Assembly (NCBI GenBank): GCA_030432655.1
Contig: JAUILA010000021.1
Span: 1-64,000, forward strand
Source of the DNA: Bacteroidia bacterium
GTDB lineage: Bacteria; Bacteroidota; Bacteroidia; Cytophagales; Cyclobacteriaceae
Reading direction: 5' to 3'
DNA: 64,000 bases
The number at the start of each line of letters is the position of its first letter. Position 1 is the stretch's first letter. The translations under genes were made by a program, and so were the position numbers. Shown here one piece after another: positions 51,330-61,337 of this stretch. The notes below the pieces were generated by a model. That model was not told the DNA's origin, ran no database searches, and worked only from the letters and a program-made list of their open reading frames with translations.

Positions 51330-51654
51330 GGAGTATCTGGTTAATAAGTCTGTTCAAGTCTTCCCTTATTTTTTTTATTTCGCCAGCATCCGCTTTCATT
51401 CCGGAATTCAAATGCCTGGCAATATGATTGATGTTATTGCCAATCCGCTTGAGCTCACCATACGCTTTGCGGTCAACCAGCGGCTTCACAGGTTTCAGCG
51501 TTCGGGGTTTGAATACACAGGCCCTTATCACTTCACCGCCGGAGGTATTATAATATTCTGCCATCACCGCCAGCATCCGGAATTCTTCCTCTGTCATCCG
51601 AAAGGTGAACCGGATCGATTTCTTGTCTTTTCTGTCTTTCCTCGGGCGGCTCAT
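51319..51654 (-). CDS. mobilization protein MobC-like (relaxosome accessory)
   Basis: 111 aa. ...GNNINHIARHLN motif typical of Bacteroides MobA/MobC small proteins. Overlaps the relaxase start. Confidence 0.65.
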   Translation of the reverse strand: MSRPRKDRKDKKSIRFTFRMTEEEFRMLAVMAEYYNTSGGEVIRACVFKPRTLKPVKPLVDRKAYGELKRIGNNINHIARHLNSGMKADAGEIKKIREDLNRLINQILHDR

Positions 51655-51694
51655 TTTCCTTAACTGTGAACGAAGTGAACAGTCCTTCCGTAGG

Positions 51695-52600
51695 TTACGG
51701 AAGCAAGCGTTTTGGTCTTACCAAAACATGGCTTGCTTCCGGCGCGTTGGCTAATTTCTTTTTACGTGCAATTTTTGAAACAAGAAGCTCATTGAAGTCT
51801 TTGAATCCGCTGTAGATCCAGCGCTTATCCTTGCTGAATGGATATTCGTCCCTGATCTTTTGAGTGGCTTCATTCCCTGCCCGGTCATTATCCAGGAAGA
51901 GGTTGATTTTCTCATATCCCTGGAGGGCATCGATTCCTCTGTTAAGATTAGCCGTTGAATTCAGGATCAATAAATCCGATTGTCTACTGCTGTAAGTAGC
52001 CAGCTGCTTGTAGCTGATCATGTCGAAGATTCCTTCGAAGACTGCCACCTGGTGAGAGCCTGTCCTGTGATGGGTGATGCCCTGACCTGTGCACCCCTTC
52101 CAGTATTTGTTCCGGATGGACCAACCCTTTTCATTTTCATGACCAATCCCGAAATAGGATTTGCCACCAGTTTTGTAATAGATTTCACTGCAGAATTTGT
52201 TGGCCAGCTTTACATCTATTCCCCGTTCGTTCAGGTAGGCATTCAGCAGCTTATTGTTGCCAATGGATCCGATGGATTCTATCTGTATTCTGCCTTTAAC
52301 TTCGGACTTGTTGACAGACGCTTGCCTTTGAAAAGAAAAAGAGGATAGGTCTTTGAGTACACCACTAACGTCTAGTTCAGGTTTCATTTTACGAACCAGG
52401 TCAATGAGGCTTCCTCCGGCATTGCTGTTTCCATAATCCACCCACAGGTTCTTCTTCAGATCCACTTTCATCGAAGGATGAGTATCATCTCTCCAGGGAG
52501 CTTTATACATCAGATATCCTCCGTAGGTCCTGGCCGGCTGGATACCCTGGCTGGCCAGGTAGTCCGGAATCGGGATGCGATTTGCCTGTTCTGCATTCAT
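51695..52600 (-). CDS. toprim-domain DNA primase-like protein
   Basis: Typical of Bacteroides CTn/IME replication-initiation genes. Start taken at MNAEQANRIPIPDYL. Confidence 0.5.
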   Translation of the reverse strand: MNAEQANRIPIPDYLASQGIQPARTYGGYLMYKAPWRDDTHPSMKVDLKKNLWVDYGNSNAGGSLIDLVRKMKPELDVSGVLKDLSSFSFQRQASVNKSEVKGRIQIESIGSIGNNKLLNAYLNERGIDVKLANKFCSEIYYKTGGKSYFGIGHENEKGWSIRNKYWKGCTGQGITHHRTGSHQVAVFEGIFDMISYKQLATYSSRQSDLLILNSTANLNRGIDALQGYEKINLFLDNDRAGNEATQKIRDEYPFSKDKRWIYSGFKDFNELLVSKIARKKKLANAPEASHVLVRPKRLLP

Positions 52601-52749
52601 GTTTTTATTTTTAAAATCGTTTGTAGCACCTGCTACCTTGCTACCATTGCCTCTTTGTAGTAAGGTGTAGCAGGTCATTTATTTTATCCTTACTACAGGT
52701 AACTATCTTATATTCAGTAGTATATATTGATTGTAGCATGGTAGCAGGG

Positions 52750-53913
52750 TTAATTCTTTAAAATGTAATATCCTCTTATCGGGATACGGTCTCCTTCCTT
52801 ACGGACCTGCACCTGGTTGAAGCCTAACAGGACCAGGCCTTTTCCAATTTCCATGGGGGAAAGCTTAAACTTGGAATTGGTCTGAATCATCAGTTCTTCA
52901 CCCATCTCCGTGGCGGTCATGAAAGCATCATTTTTTTCTTTAGTGCCGGGAGAATAAAACCGCTGGATCAGTTCAGCCTCGGTCGACAAGGTTTTGTAGG
53001 TACTGTTCAGGTTTTCATTCTCCAGGATTTCTACAGTGGTCATCTGGTATTTGAATCCGGATTTATACAGCTGATAGGCCTGCGCCCAGACCTTATCAAT
53101 GTCAATATCGGTTTTATAGGCCCAATCAATTTCCTGGACAGTAAAACATAGCCAGCGGACACTCCCGGTTTCATCGGTCAGGAATTCTGCTTTGTTGGTG
53201 GATCCGATTATAGAAGCCCTTCGCGGATTCTTCGTGGTCTTTCGCGCATAGGGATGGCGCACTTTTACGCTCGACTTACTCATCAATGCTTTCTGGGCAT
53301 TGATCTCTGTTCGGGTCATCGTGGAGAGTTCATCCTGTATGATGATGAAGTTCTCGGTCAAGGAAATTAGGCTGTCTTTGTCCGTGGAGATATTCTCCGC
53401 TTTGTATTCCTCCAGTGCTGCTGGTACCAGGAATCGGGTAAAGGTTGTCTTGCCACTGTTCTGTTTATTCTGGACCAGGATGAGTGCCTGTTTATTGAAA
53501 AATTCATCCTCCAGGGCACAGGCAATACAGCGTACCAACCATTTCTTGAATTGCACTCCGAATAGCTCCTGGTCTGCTACCTTTACATACTCACTGAACC
53601 GCTGGACATAATCGCCATCCTCTTGCTGAGAATAGCATTGCTCAACATTTTCAAAATAGGAGAGAAGTGGATTTATCTTTGGGATATAATCGGAACTCAG
53701 GAAAATTTTGATGTCCTGGATGGAGCAGCGAAATCCGGCTTGCTTTGCTTCAAGGTACAGGTTATTCGGATTGATTTGTTCAACATTCTCTTTTCCTTTT
53801 TCACTGGCAAAAACTACATTCAAGATTTCGTTATTCCTGAAGTCATATTTACTCATGAGGTATTGGATCATCTTAATAGTAGGATCCGTGGAATCTTCTT
53901 TGAAAAGCTTCAT
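52750..53913 (-). CDS. P-loop NTPase, plasmid/phage primase C-terminal (VirE/D5-like) family
   Basis: Walker A NKQNSGKTTF. Context within the mobilization module. Confidence 0.45.
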   Translation of the reverse strand: MKLFKEDSTDPTIKMIQYLMSKYDFRNNEILNVVFASEKGKENVEQINPNNLYLEAKQAGFRCSIQDIKIFLSSDYIPKINPLLSYFENVEQCYSQQEDGDYVQRFSEYVKVADQELFGVQFKKWLVRCIACALEDEFFNKQALILVQNKQNSGKTTFTRFLVPAALEEYKAENISTDKDSLISLTENFIIIQDELSTMTRTEINAQKALMSKSSVKVRHPYARKTTKNPRRASIIGSTNKAEFLTDETGSVRWLCFTVQEIDWAYKTDIDIDKVWAQAYQLYKSGFKYQMTTVEILENENLNSTYKTLSTEAELIQRFYSPGTKEKNDAFMTATEMGEELMIQTNSKFKLSPMEIGKGLVLLGFNQVQVRKEGDRIPIRGYYILKN

Positions 53914-53921
53914 GGTTCCGA

Positions 53922-54209
53922 TTATTTGACCCTTGAGAATGCCCGGCGGGAGTTTCTTCCGGCGTTCAGTACATCTGATTTCTTGAAATAGACCCGGGTG
54001 TTGATCACCTGGTCCTTGAGGAATCCTTCCTTACGCCAGTTATTTATGGTAGATCTGGACCTGCCAAGGATCTTCATGGCTTCCGGAATCTGAATGAGTT
54101 CGTCTTCCTGTGAGAGCTCCTTTAGTTCGGATAATCTGTTAAACAGAGCATTGGTAATTTCATTTACCAGTTCGGCCCGGTCCGTGGGAGTTAGTTCAAT
54201 TCTTTCCAT
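53922..54209 (-). CDS. excisionase-like HTH DNA-binding protein (HTH_17/MerR-like)
   Basis: LIQIPEAMKILGRSRSTINNWRKEGFL. Confidence 0.65.
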   Translation of the reverse strand: MERIELTPTDRAELVNEITNALFNRLSELKELSQEDELIQIPEAMKILGRSRSTINNWRKEGFLKDQVINTRVYFKKSDVLNAGRNSRRAFSRVK

Positions 54210-54295
54210 ACGAATTTTGTTTTTCGGGGAAGTTGGAAAGAATGGGAATTGGGTAGGTAGTTGGGTAGTACCCCTTAATTGAGAATAATTTGACT

Positions 54296-55129
54296 TTACC
54301 GGTCAGCCTGATTCAGGCGGTCTTCTATTTCGCTTACGATGTGCAAAAAATTGGCGCGCCTGAAGATCTCCTGAACCTGGACCAACTGCTGCTTGCGTTT
54401 AGCACTAAGTGGACCGGATTGATTTCTGATCTTTTCTAATTCCGGAAGACCTTTGCGAATATTATCTTCATCCGTATTCAGAATGTCTCCTAAAACAGCA
54501 AATATTCCTCTTTTACTAAGCTTAGGATTTTGATGATAGAGCTTGTTAATACTTTCATTCAAAGATCCTGGTTCTCCGACAAGGTAGTCCAGGAGTAAAA
54601 GTTTTTCAGTCCGGTCCAGGTTAACCTCTGATAATTTCTTTTCAACATAAGGTCTATTCAATAAATAGGCGGACTGAAATTGTGCAATGGCCTCTGGATC
54701 ATTCAGGTCTAGTTGAATAAATGCCGCTTTGTTGACTACATCGGACTGAATGAATTTAAGCAGGTATTTTGTCTGGCTGTAGTTGAGAAAAAACTTGCTT
54801 TGCAGGAAAACTAAAACTGCCACGACGGAGGTTATAACTATAACTGCCATTGAGGTATAGGCTATGGATCCATTTGATATGGCCTTGAAAAGAATAATAG
54901 TGAGCCAGATTATAGTGACTAACCCCAGGATAAGAAGTGTGACAAGAAACACTCCACGCCATTTGATGAAATTCATATAGGTGTCAAGTGACAGGTTTCT
55001 ATTGACGAATTGGTCTCTCCCTAACAAATAGGCTTGTAGTCGATCACAACCATTTGCAGAATAATCATAATATCCGACCAGTTCGCGAATTACGTATTGA
55101 GCGAAACCTAATTCTGCAGCCTTGTCCAT
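54296..55129 (-). CDS. hypothetical membrane protein (IME cargo)
   Basis: 277 aa. One TM pair mid-protein. AT-rich. Confidence 0.45.
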   Translation of the reverse strand: MDKAAELGFAQYVIRELVGYYDYSANGCDRLQAYLLGRDQFVNRNLSLDTYMNFIKWRGVFLVTLLILGLVTIIWLTIILFKAISNGSIAYTSMAVIVITSVVAVLVFLQSKFFLNYSQTKYLLKFIQSDVVNKAAFIQLDLNDPEAIAQFQSAYLLNRPYVEKKLSEVNLDRTEKLLLLDYLVGEPGSLNESINKLYHQNPKLSKRGIFAVLGDILNTDEDNIRKGLPELEKIRNQSGPLSAKRKQQLVQVQEIFRRANFLHIVSEIEDRLNQADR

Positions 55130-55407
55130 TTATATTGTGTTGAGATGGTATTTGTGGCGTGATAATTACGCCCATCTGACGGACATGGATCAAAAGTCAT
55201 GCTAGAACTTGACAATGCGTACCAAGTAATACTCTACCTCCAGTTAAGGGGTCAAAATGTACCAGATAATCTAGCATGATAGGCAAGTCAGAAAATCCAC
55301 ATAAATAGGGATGCTTAAAACATTAAATTTTGCTAATTTAATTTTGGATTTTTTGGGGGAACCCAAGGTAATAAAGAATTAGGTGTCTTGTTCTAAATAA
55401 TGCATGT

Positions 55408-55641
55408 ATGAAGGCAAAATTGAATGCGGTTCATGATAACGATCTAGAAGTCCTATTGATAAAGTTGAATTTGTTGGAAAAAATTAATAGAGGAGAATTG
55501 AAATGCAAATTCACGAAGGAGATAATTACTTTGGAAAATCTTCATTCAATTTTTCCAGAGGAAGGAACAATTAAATTAGTCTCTGACAGCCCTGAGGCCA
55601 TTAAGTTATTTTCAGAATATATTAATGATAAAGATTTATAG
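55408..55641 (+). CDS. hypothetical small protein (IME cargo)
   Basis: 77 aa. Overlaps the start of the next gene by 17 nt. Confidence 0.3.
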   Translation: MKAKLNAVHDNDLEVLLIKLNLLEKINRGELKCKFTKEIITLENLHSIFPEEGTIKLVSDSPEAIKLFSEYINDKDL

Positions 55642-56710
55642 CGCTATAGAGTTTAACTTTTTCTTTGATTTTGAAATTTCAGCTTGGCAACTATCCACTG
55701 CCACATTGGCTGGAATCTTAATCTACTTCTTACTCAATCCAGAAAAGTTCGAAAAATTCGTAGCCCTTGTTAGCAAGTTTTTAAAGATAGTCTCAAAAAG
55801 CTTTGATAGAACGTATGTTAAATATGACTTGCAAGGTAAGATTAATGACTATTTGCGCAAGGTATCAAAGCGAGTGAAGCACATTGATATAAAAAAAATA
55901 AAAGTAGAATGGATTGATGTAAATACTCAATCTGAGAGCCAATATATTCAGAATGGTGAAATGATAATTCGCCTAAAGAAAGGTGAGCATCAAAATGAAA
56001 ATATAGTTAAAGCTTCTATGGCTTTTATTTCTTTTGCTTTTTTGAAAAAAGCAAAATCCTACATAGCTAAGTATCAGAGGGAGTCTATGGATTTATTTGC
56101 ATGCTATGATCTATTAAAAGAGGAACATGCCGAAATACTAGACCAATTCGTTCAAGACTTTATGAAGGAAAAGATGGACAACGATAAGATTGCTGATTTT
56201 TTTCAAAAGTACACCGATATTGACGAGGTTGGTATTTTCTATCCGGTTCTGGTTCAGGAGTTAACGTTTTTGGGAGAAAAAGTTTTGGCTAGAAAAAGAG
56301 ATGCACATCAAATTTATTCTGAGGTAACAAATCTTGTAAATTTTCTTTATCGATATGCCAATAGAAAGCTAAGAGAAGATAATATATCTGACTTCTCTGG
56401 GGAATATTGCAAATTCGGAATCCGTATTATTGGGAGAAGTACTGTCATTAACCGAGATGGAGAACGTGTATATTCCAATCATTTAAGAAAAATTGCAAGT
56501 CAAAATGAAACTATATATTTAATCGGGAGTAAAGACCATAAAAAATTCATTAAAAAAGTTTTTAAAAGTTGTAAGTCAGATATAAACTATTCTCTTCTTC
56601 AAAAAGAGACATATTCCGCAATAATCAAGGATCCTGATGGCGAACCAATTAAAGTGGAAAGTTTTATGATGACTATTAGAAATAATTCGATCAAAGTTTA
56701 TCATAAATAG
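55625..56710 (+). CDS. hypothetical protein (IME cargo, AT-rich)
   Basis: 361 aa. No recognisable motifs. Confidence 0.45.
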   Translation: MIKIYSAIEFNFFFDFEISAWQLSTATLAGILIYFLLNPEKFEKFVALVSKFLKIVSKSFDRTYVKYDLQGKINDYLRKVSKRVKHIDIKKIKVEWIDVNTQSESQYIQNGEMIIRLKKGEHQNENIVKASMAFISFAFLKKAKSYIAKYQRESMDLFACYDLLKEEHAEILDQFVQDFMKEKMDNDKIADFFQKYTDIDEVGIFYPVLVQELTFLGEKVLARKRDAHQIYSEVTNLVNFLYRYANRKLREDNISDFSGEYCKFGIRIIGRSTVINRDGERVYSNHLRKIASQNETIYLIGSKDHKKFIKKVFKSCKSDINYSLLQKETYSAIIKDPDGEPIKVESFMMTIRNNSIKVYHK

Positions 56711-56746
56711 GGGGCCACTTCTTATTGATGGGTTATTTCACTTCAC

Positions 56747-58078
56747 TTAATTAAAATTAGGACTCCCCCAAGCCCGCTCCATCTCGTTCTTCTTCCGCTG
56801 CTCAGAAACATTAACATATCGCTGAAAGCTCTTGTAATCGGAATGCCCGGTAATTTTCATTACGGTTTCTGCCGGTATGCCTTTTTCCAGAGATAGTGTA
56901 ACGAAAGTTTTCCGACCGGTGTGGGCGCTGATCAGGTCGTGTTTCTTAAACACCTGGGAAATTTTCTCCGCGCCACGGTATCGAATAATTTCAATGTCCT
57001 CATCGATTTCGGCCTTCTTGCAAATCTCTTTGATGTAAATGTTGAATTTCTGGTTGGTTATCATTGGCAGCGGATCGGCTCTGGATTCGTATTTCTTCAG
57101 AATATCAGCAGAGATTTTATTCAGCGGAATAATCATGGGCTCCCTGGTTTTCTTGATGGTTAGCCGGATCTCATTAGGTTTGATGTGTTCTCTTTTCAGC
57201 TGCACCATATCCGAATACCGCAATCCAGTGGCACAACTGAAACAAAATACATCTCTTACTTTATTTAATCGGGCATCCTTCGACAGATCCAGGTTTAGTA
57301 GTTTATTAAGTTCTTGTTCGGACAGAGCGATGACTTCAAGCTTATCTTTTTTGACTGAGAAATCTCTGAATCCGGAATTAACCTTAATGCCACGCCTCTT
57401 CGCGTATCCCAGGAACGTTTTCAATGTGCCCAATTGTTTGCTGATGGAGGTATTTCCCAGGGTGGTAACCGTGCCCGTCTTAGGATGAGTAGTCTCCCAA
57501 CTCAGCAGATGGTTTTTAAAGGCCAACATGAAATCATAATCCATCTCCTCAAAGGTTATCTTCTTCATTCGGGATTTCTCGAAATTCTTTAGATGTTTTC
57601 TCAGCGATTTGTACACCACAATACTCCCTTTGGCACGGGACAGCTCGTGATCTTCTATATACTTGTCAATAAAATCGTAGACGTTGACTTTTATTTTCCG
57701 ATTTGACCCACCCGGATTATCTTCATCCGAATTGTATTCGGGTATCAGAATATCGAGGGTAATTGGAATCCTGTCAAGCTTATGTCGCATGACGATGTCA
57801 TTTAACTTCTTTAGCATCACTGCAAGGACGGACTGGTAATCGTGCAGGTCCTTTTTGAGCACTGAATCGTGATCGTATTTCTTACGCAGCTGATCCATTC
57901 GCCGGTCGGAGGGAATTATTATTTGCTGATTCTCCGCATCCCAAAGCTCCGGCCATAACTTGATACCGGTGGATAGTTTTCTTCGTTCAGAGTCCTGATG
58001 AATATTAAGAACAATCGGATGTTCGCCGTTCTTATTTTTCCAATCCTTCCTAAGCTCAAAACGATATGTGATCTTCAT
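56747..58078 (-). CDS. int: tyrosine-type site-specific integrase (Bacteroides CTn/IME type)
   Basis: Catalytic box ...LRYSDM...HTGRKTF...GHSDYKSFQRYV. Start taken at MKITYRFELRK (58078). Confidence 0.85.
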   Translation of the reverse strand: MKITYRFELRKDWKNKNGEHPIVLNIHQDSERRKLSTGIKLWPELWDAENQQIIIPSDRRMDQLRKKYDHDSVLKKDLHDYQSVLAVMLKKLNDIVMRHKLDRIPITLDILIPEYNSDEDNPGGSNRKIKVNVYDFIDKYIEDHELSRAKGSIVVYKSLRKHLKNFEKSRMKKITFEEMDYDFMLAFKNHLLSWETTHPKTGTVTTLGNTSISKQLGTLKTFLGYAKRRGIKVNSGFRDFSVKKDKLEVIALSEQELNKLLNLDLSKDARLNKVRDVFCFSCATGLRYSDMVQLKREHIKPNEIRLTIKKTREPMIIPLNKISADILKKYESRADPLPMITNQKFNIYIKEICKKAEIDEDIEIIRYRGAEKISQVFKKHDLISAHTGRKTFVTLSLEKGIPAETVMKITGHSDYKSFQRYVNVSEQRKKNEMERAWGSPNFN

Positions 58079-58326
58079 AGTAAACTGATTATTCGAAGTT
58101 TGGAAATTCGCCGGACAGGTTCGAGAATGTATACTCCCTGAATTTAGAAAATCGCCCCAGAAAAACAAAAAGTCTGGGGCGATTTGTGGGGCGATTTTGC
58201 TGCATAACACCGTATATAGGTTGTCATAACTACTCAAGAAACATCATTTAAATCGTTTCAAGCACGTTTCTATGACCGATTATGACTCAAGGTGAACAGA
58301 TGGTTCATAAACCTTCTCCTCTGCAG

Positions 58327-58366
58327 CCAAAAGCCGGCCCGCAATAGCGGGCTGGCTTTTTTTATG
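58327..58366. terminator. bidirectional rho-independent terminator
   Basis: aaaagccggcccgc-aata-gcgggctggcttttttt. Confidence 0.6.
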
Positions 58367-58610
58367 CACCTAAACGAACGAAGCTTGCTTCAGCGAGTGC
58401 AGGAGCAAAAAAGCAAGGCAACTTTGTCTCCGTCGCTTTTGGTTGACACACCCCCTGCCGGGATCACCGAGCGATAGCGAGGTAATCCAATTGTCTGCGA
58501 ATTGTGGGGCGATTTGTGGGGCGAAAATCATTGATAATTAGATAACTGATTTTCACTTAATACCAAATGTATAATTTGAATCCCTTTAGAAGGATTAATT
58601 GCAGGAGTCA

Positions 58611-59375
58611 TCAGGGAAGCGTTAGATTTTTCTGAATTTGTTGGATCAGTCTTTCGGTTTGGCCTTTGAGTGGTAAATAATAAGCTTTGTTAAGGTTTAT
58701 GGAAGCTACTATGTATAGATACAGGTTGCTTTCAAATTCCTGCATTTTCAGGAACTTAAAATCGTTATCCGGAAAACTACCTGGTGTTGGATCAAGCAGC
58801 ACATCATCAATAATATCCAGATGTCTTCTGAAGTTGCCAAACTTAATAAAAAAATCCTGGCTTGAGTCCCTTCTCCGAATGACATACGATTCCTGATTAC
58901 TAATAAATTCCAATTGGGAACGCCATTCAGAAATGGCTTTTCTTAATTCAGGGTCAGAAATCATCGACATTTTTCCAGAATTGATCATTTCATTCATTGT
59001 GCCTGAATTAGGAATGTATCGGGCTTCATTTTTAAATGCTCCAACCAATAATGTCGATATATCCTTTTCATTGTATTCTGGCGATGACGGACCTGTGAAT
59101 TCACCGATCATTATGGCAGATTCATAATTACGGGTGTTTGTCAAGATAGTCGAATCAAGTATTTCAAGATTGCCTTCAAATTCCTGGAGGAGAGCTGTCA
59201 GGAGGTGCCGCTCCATTGCCTTTTCTTTATTCAGATCATTCCAATTATTAATCTGAATCGCAATTAATATGCCTATCACTACAAGGATAATTTCACCAAG
59301 CGCATAAATCAGGTATTTACTGATCCTGTTTTCAGATAGCATTTTCTTACGAATCTTTCTTATGAATTGTATCAT
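58611..59375 (-). CDS. hypothetical membrane-anchored protein
   Basis: N-terminal TM (YLIYALGEIILVVIGILIAIQI). No recognisable domain. Confidence 0.45.
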   Translation of the reverse strand: MIQFIRKIRKKMLSENRISKYLIYALGEIILVVIGILIAIQINNWNDLNKEKAMERHLLTALLQEFEGNLEILDSTILTNTRNYESAIMIGEFTGPSSPEYNEKDISTLLVGAFKNEARYIPNSGTMNEMINSGKMSMISDPELRKAISEWRSQLEFISNQESYVIRRRDSSQDFFIKFGNFRRHLDIIDDVLLDPTPGSFPDNDFKFLKMQEFESNLYLYIVASINLNKAYYLPLKGQTERLIQQIQKNLTLP

Positions 59376-59726
59376 GCGAGGCAGTGTTCCAAGTGAGCAA
59401 CTATTTGTGGCATATAAGAAGGATCAAGTCACCGAACTACGTAGTTGTGGCCACTTTATCTGCTGAAAAATACTATTTTTACCTGATACACATTCACTTT
59501 TTATGATTTGGGCCGGAAGTTTCTGCCCTGTTTTCCTTTGCGGCCTCATCAAATGCGCCAGGGTATGGCCTGGCGTCAACTTGAACAATCTAAATTTGAT
59601 CGGAAAACCAATTAATGTCAGCGCCGGGACCACCTTGCGTCTGCGAGGTAACCCCGCTGAACAGAATCAAACCACATCATGCTCTTCAGTTAAGAGTAGC
59701 AATAGCAATTCTCATTTTTTACTATC

Positions 59727-60743
59727 TTGACTATCCAGCCAAGGTATTTACAGCCAATGAGCTATATCTCTATTAATCTTTACAGGAAAATTGTTAATCA
59801 TGGATTATCTGAGGGTCTTAGCAAAGAAGACTTGTCCGACCTTCCGGTGTCACCGGAGAAGATGGAGCAGCTACAGGCAGTGCCCTCCGACCAGTTTTTT
59901 TTGACCCATGAATTATTGGATGAAAAGCTGGGGCCGGGCTTTGCTGTTCGGGTAGGTCAGGAAATGAAAATTGATGACTATGGGGTTTTAGGCTTATCCT
60001 GGCGCACCTGCTCATGGGCCGGAGAGATCTTTGTAAGAAGTGAGCGCTATTTCAAATTGCTTTCAGATACGTATGTGTTCACAGTTGAAGACAGAGGAAG
60101 CCTATCTTATATCAATCTGCATCGTGAGCCACACAGAAGAGGGGTGGAACTTTCTAATGAAGCTACTTTATCGGCAACAGTAGTGGTACTGCAGGCCATC
60201 ACAGAGACCAACATCCTGCCGGTTCAGGTCGCATTCAAGCATAAGGCGCCAAATGATCTAGCCAATCATAAAAAAGGTTTTCGATGTGAATTGCTTTTTG
60301 AACAACCCTGTTATTACATCGCCTATAAAACGAAGGACCTTCAATTGCGAACAGCCAAAGCTGATGAGAGCATTAATAAGTTTCTGGTCGAGCGGGTCAA
60401 AGAAGAAACGGAAGGTATAGTAGCAGATTCAGGACGATTTACCAGAGATGTCGAACGACTCATAAAGGAAGCGCTGCCCAGCGGCATTCCCAGTGTGGTG
60501 AATATTGCAGAACATATGGGCATGAGCAACCGCACACTCACCAGAAGACTGGCAGAACACGGGGTTACTTTTAGAGACCTCATTAAAAAAACGCAGGAAA
60601 ATATTGCGAAAAATCTTCTTGCCACTTCCAATCGCAGCATTGCTGAGATCGCTTTTGAAACGGGGTTTTCCGAACAAAGCTCTTTTAACCGTGCGTTCAA
60701 AAGATGGACTAATCTGAATCCACTGGAGTATCGCGCCAAATAG
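59727..60743 (+). CDS. AraC family transcriptional regulator
   Basis: C-terminal HTH_18 (...SIAEIAFETGFSEQSSFNRAFKRWTNLNPLEYR). Alternative start at 59757. Confidence 0.85.
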   Translation: MTIQPRYLQPMSYISINLYRKIVNHGLSEGLSKEDLSDLPVSPEKMEQLQAVPSDQFFLTHELLDEKLGPGFAVRVGQEMKIDDYGVLGLSWRTCSWAGEIFVRSERYFKLLSDTYVFTVEDRGSLSYINLHREPHRRGVELSNEATLSATVVVLQAITETNILPVQVAFKHKAPNDLANHKKGFRCELLFEQPCYYIAYKTKDLQLRTAKADESINKFLVERVKEETEGIVADSGRFTRDVERLIKEALPSGIPSVVNIAEHMGMSNRTLTRRLAEHGVTFRDLIKKTQENIAKNLLATSNRSIAEIAFETGFSEQSSFNRAFKRWTNLNPLEYRAK

Positions 60744-60838
60744 CCAGGTGGCGTAAACTGTCAAAAACTTGGCGTAAAGTGTCAAGTTGCCAGGTAATTA
60801 CTGATTCATCTTTGTGTCATACAAAATTTGATGTATCG

Positions 60839-61336
60839 ATGAACGGTCAATCTCTTCAAACGCTTATACACATTACAACCTTATTGCTGATCGGATTAGC
60901 AGGAGGTTTTTTCTACACCTGGCAGGTATCGGTCATTCCCGGTACGCTCAAGATTTCGGACACCTCCTATCTGGAAGCAATGAAATCCATCAACAAGGAA
61001 ATTCTAAATCCCTTCTTCTTTGTCATCTTTTTTGGCGCGCTGCTCTTTGTGCTGTCAGACGCCGGTTTTCATCTCTTCAATTCACGGAGCCTGGCTACCC
61101 TCTGGGTGTCTCTGGCGGCAATTTTATATGCAATAACATTTGGAATAACTGCCTTTGGTAATGTTCCTCTCAACAATTCGCTGGAAGCTCTTCAACTTGA
61201 TGAATTGAGTGCTGTTGAGCTTAAGGATTTCAGAAACTATTACGAAGTCGCCTGGAATAAATACCATGTGTACCGCATGTGGACTTCCTTGATGGCTTTC
61301 ATATTTATCATTATTGGAACTATAAACTCAAAATAA
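60839..61336 (+). CDS. DUF1772-like (anthrone-oxygenase-like) membrane protein
   Basis: 4 TMs, about 165 aa from MNGQSLQ. Confidence 0.4.
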   Translation: MNGQSLQTLIHITTLLLIGLAGGFFYTWQVSVIPGTLKISDTSYLEAMKSINKEILNPFFFVIFFGALLFVLSDAGFHLFNSRSLATLWVSLAAILYAITFGITAFGNVPLNNSLEALQLDELSAVELKDFRNYYEVAWNKYHVYRMWTSLMAFIFIIIGTINSK

Positions 61337-61337
61337 A

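Larger units (their letters stand above)
47696..58529. mobile_element. integrative mobilizable element (IME) inserted at the 3' end of tRNA-Ser
   Basis: tRNA-adjacent. Bacteroides-type integrase, Xis-like HTH, toprim primase, primase-C NTPase, MobC and relaxase, plus an R-M pair. Direct repeats gaattgtggggcga at 47763 and 58502. AT-rich cargo. Right boundary is approximate (58200-58530). Confidence 0.65.
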
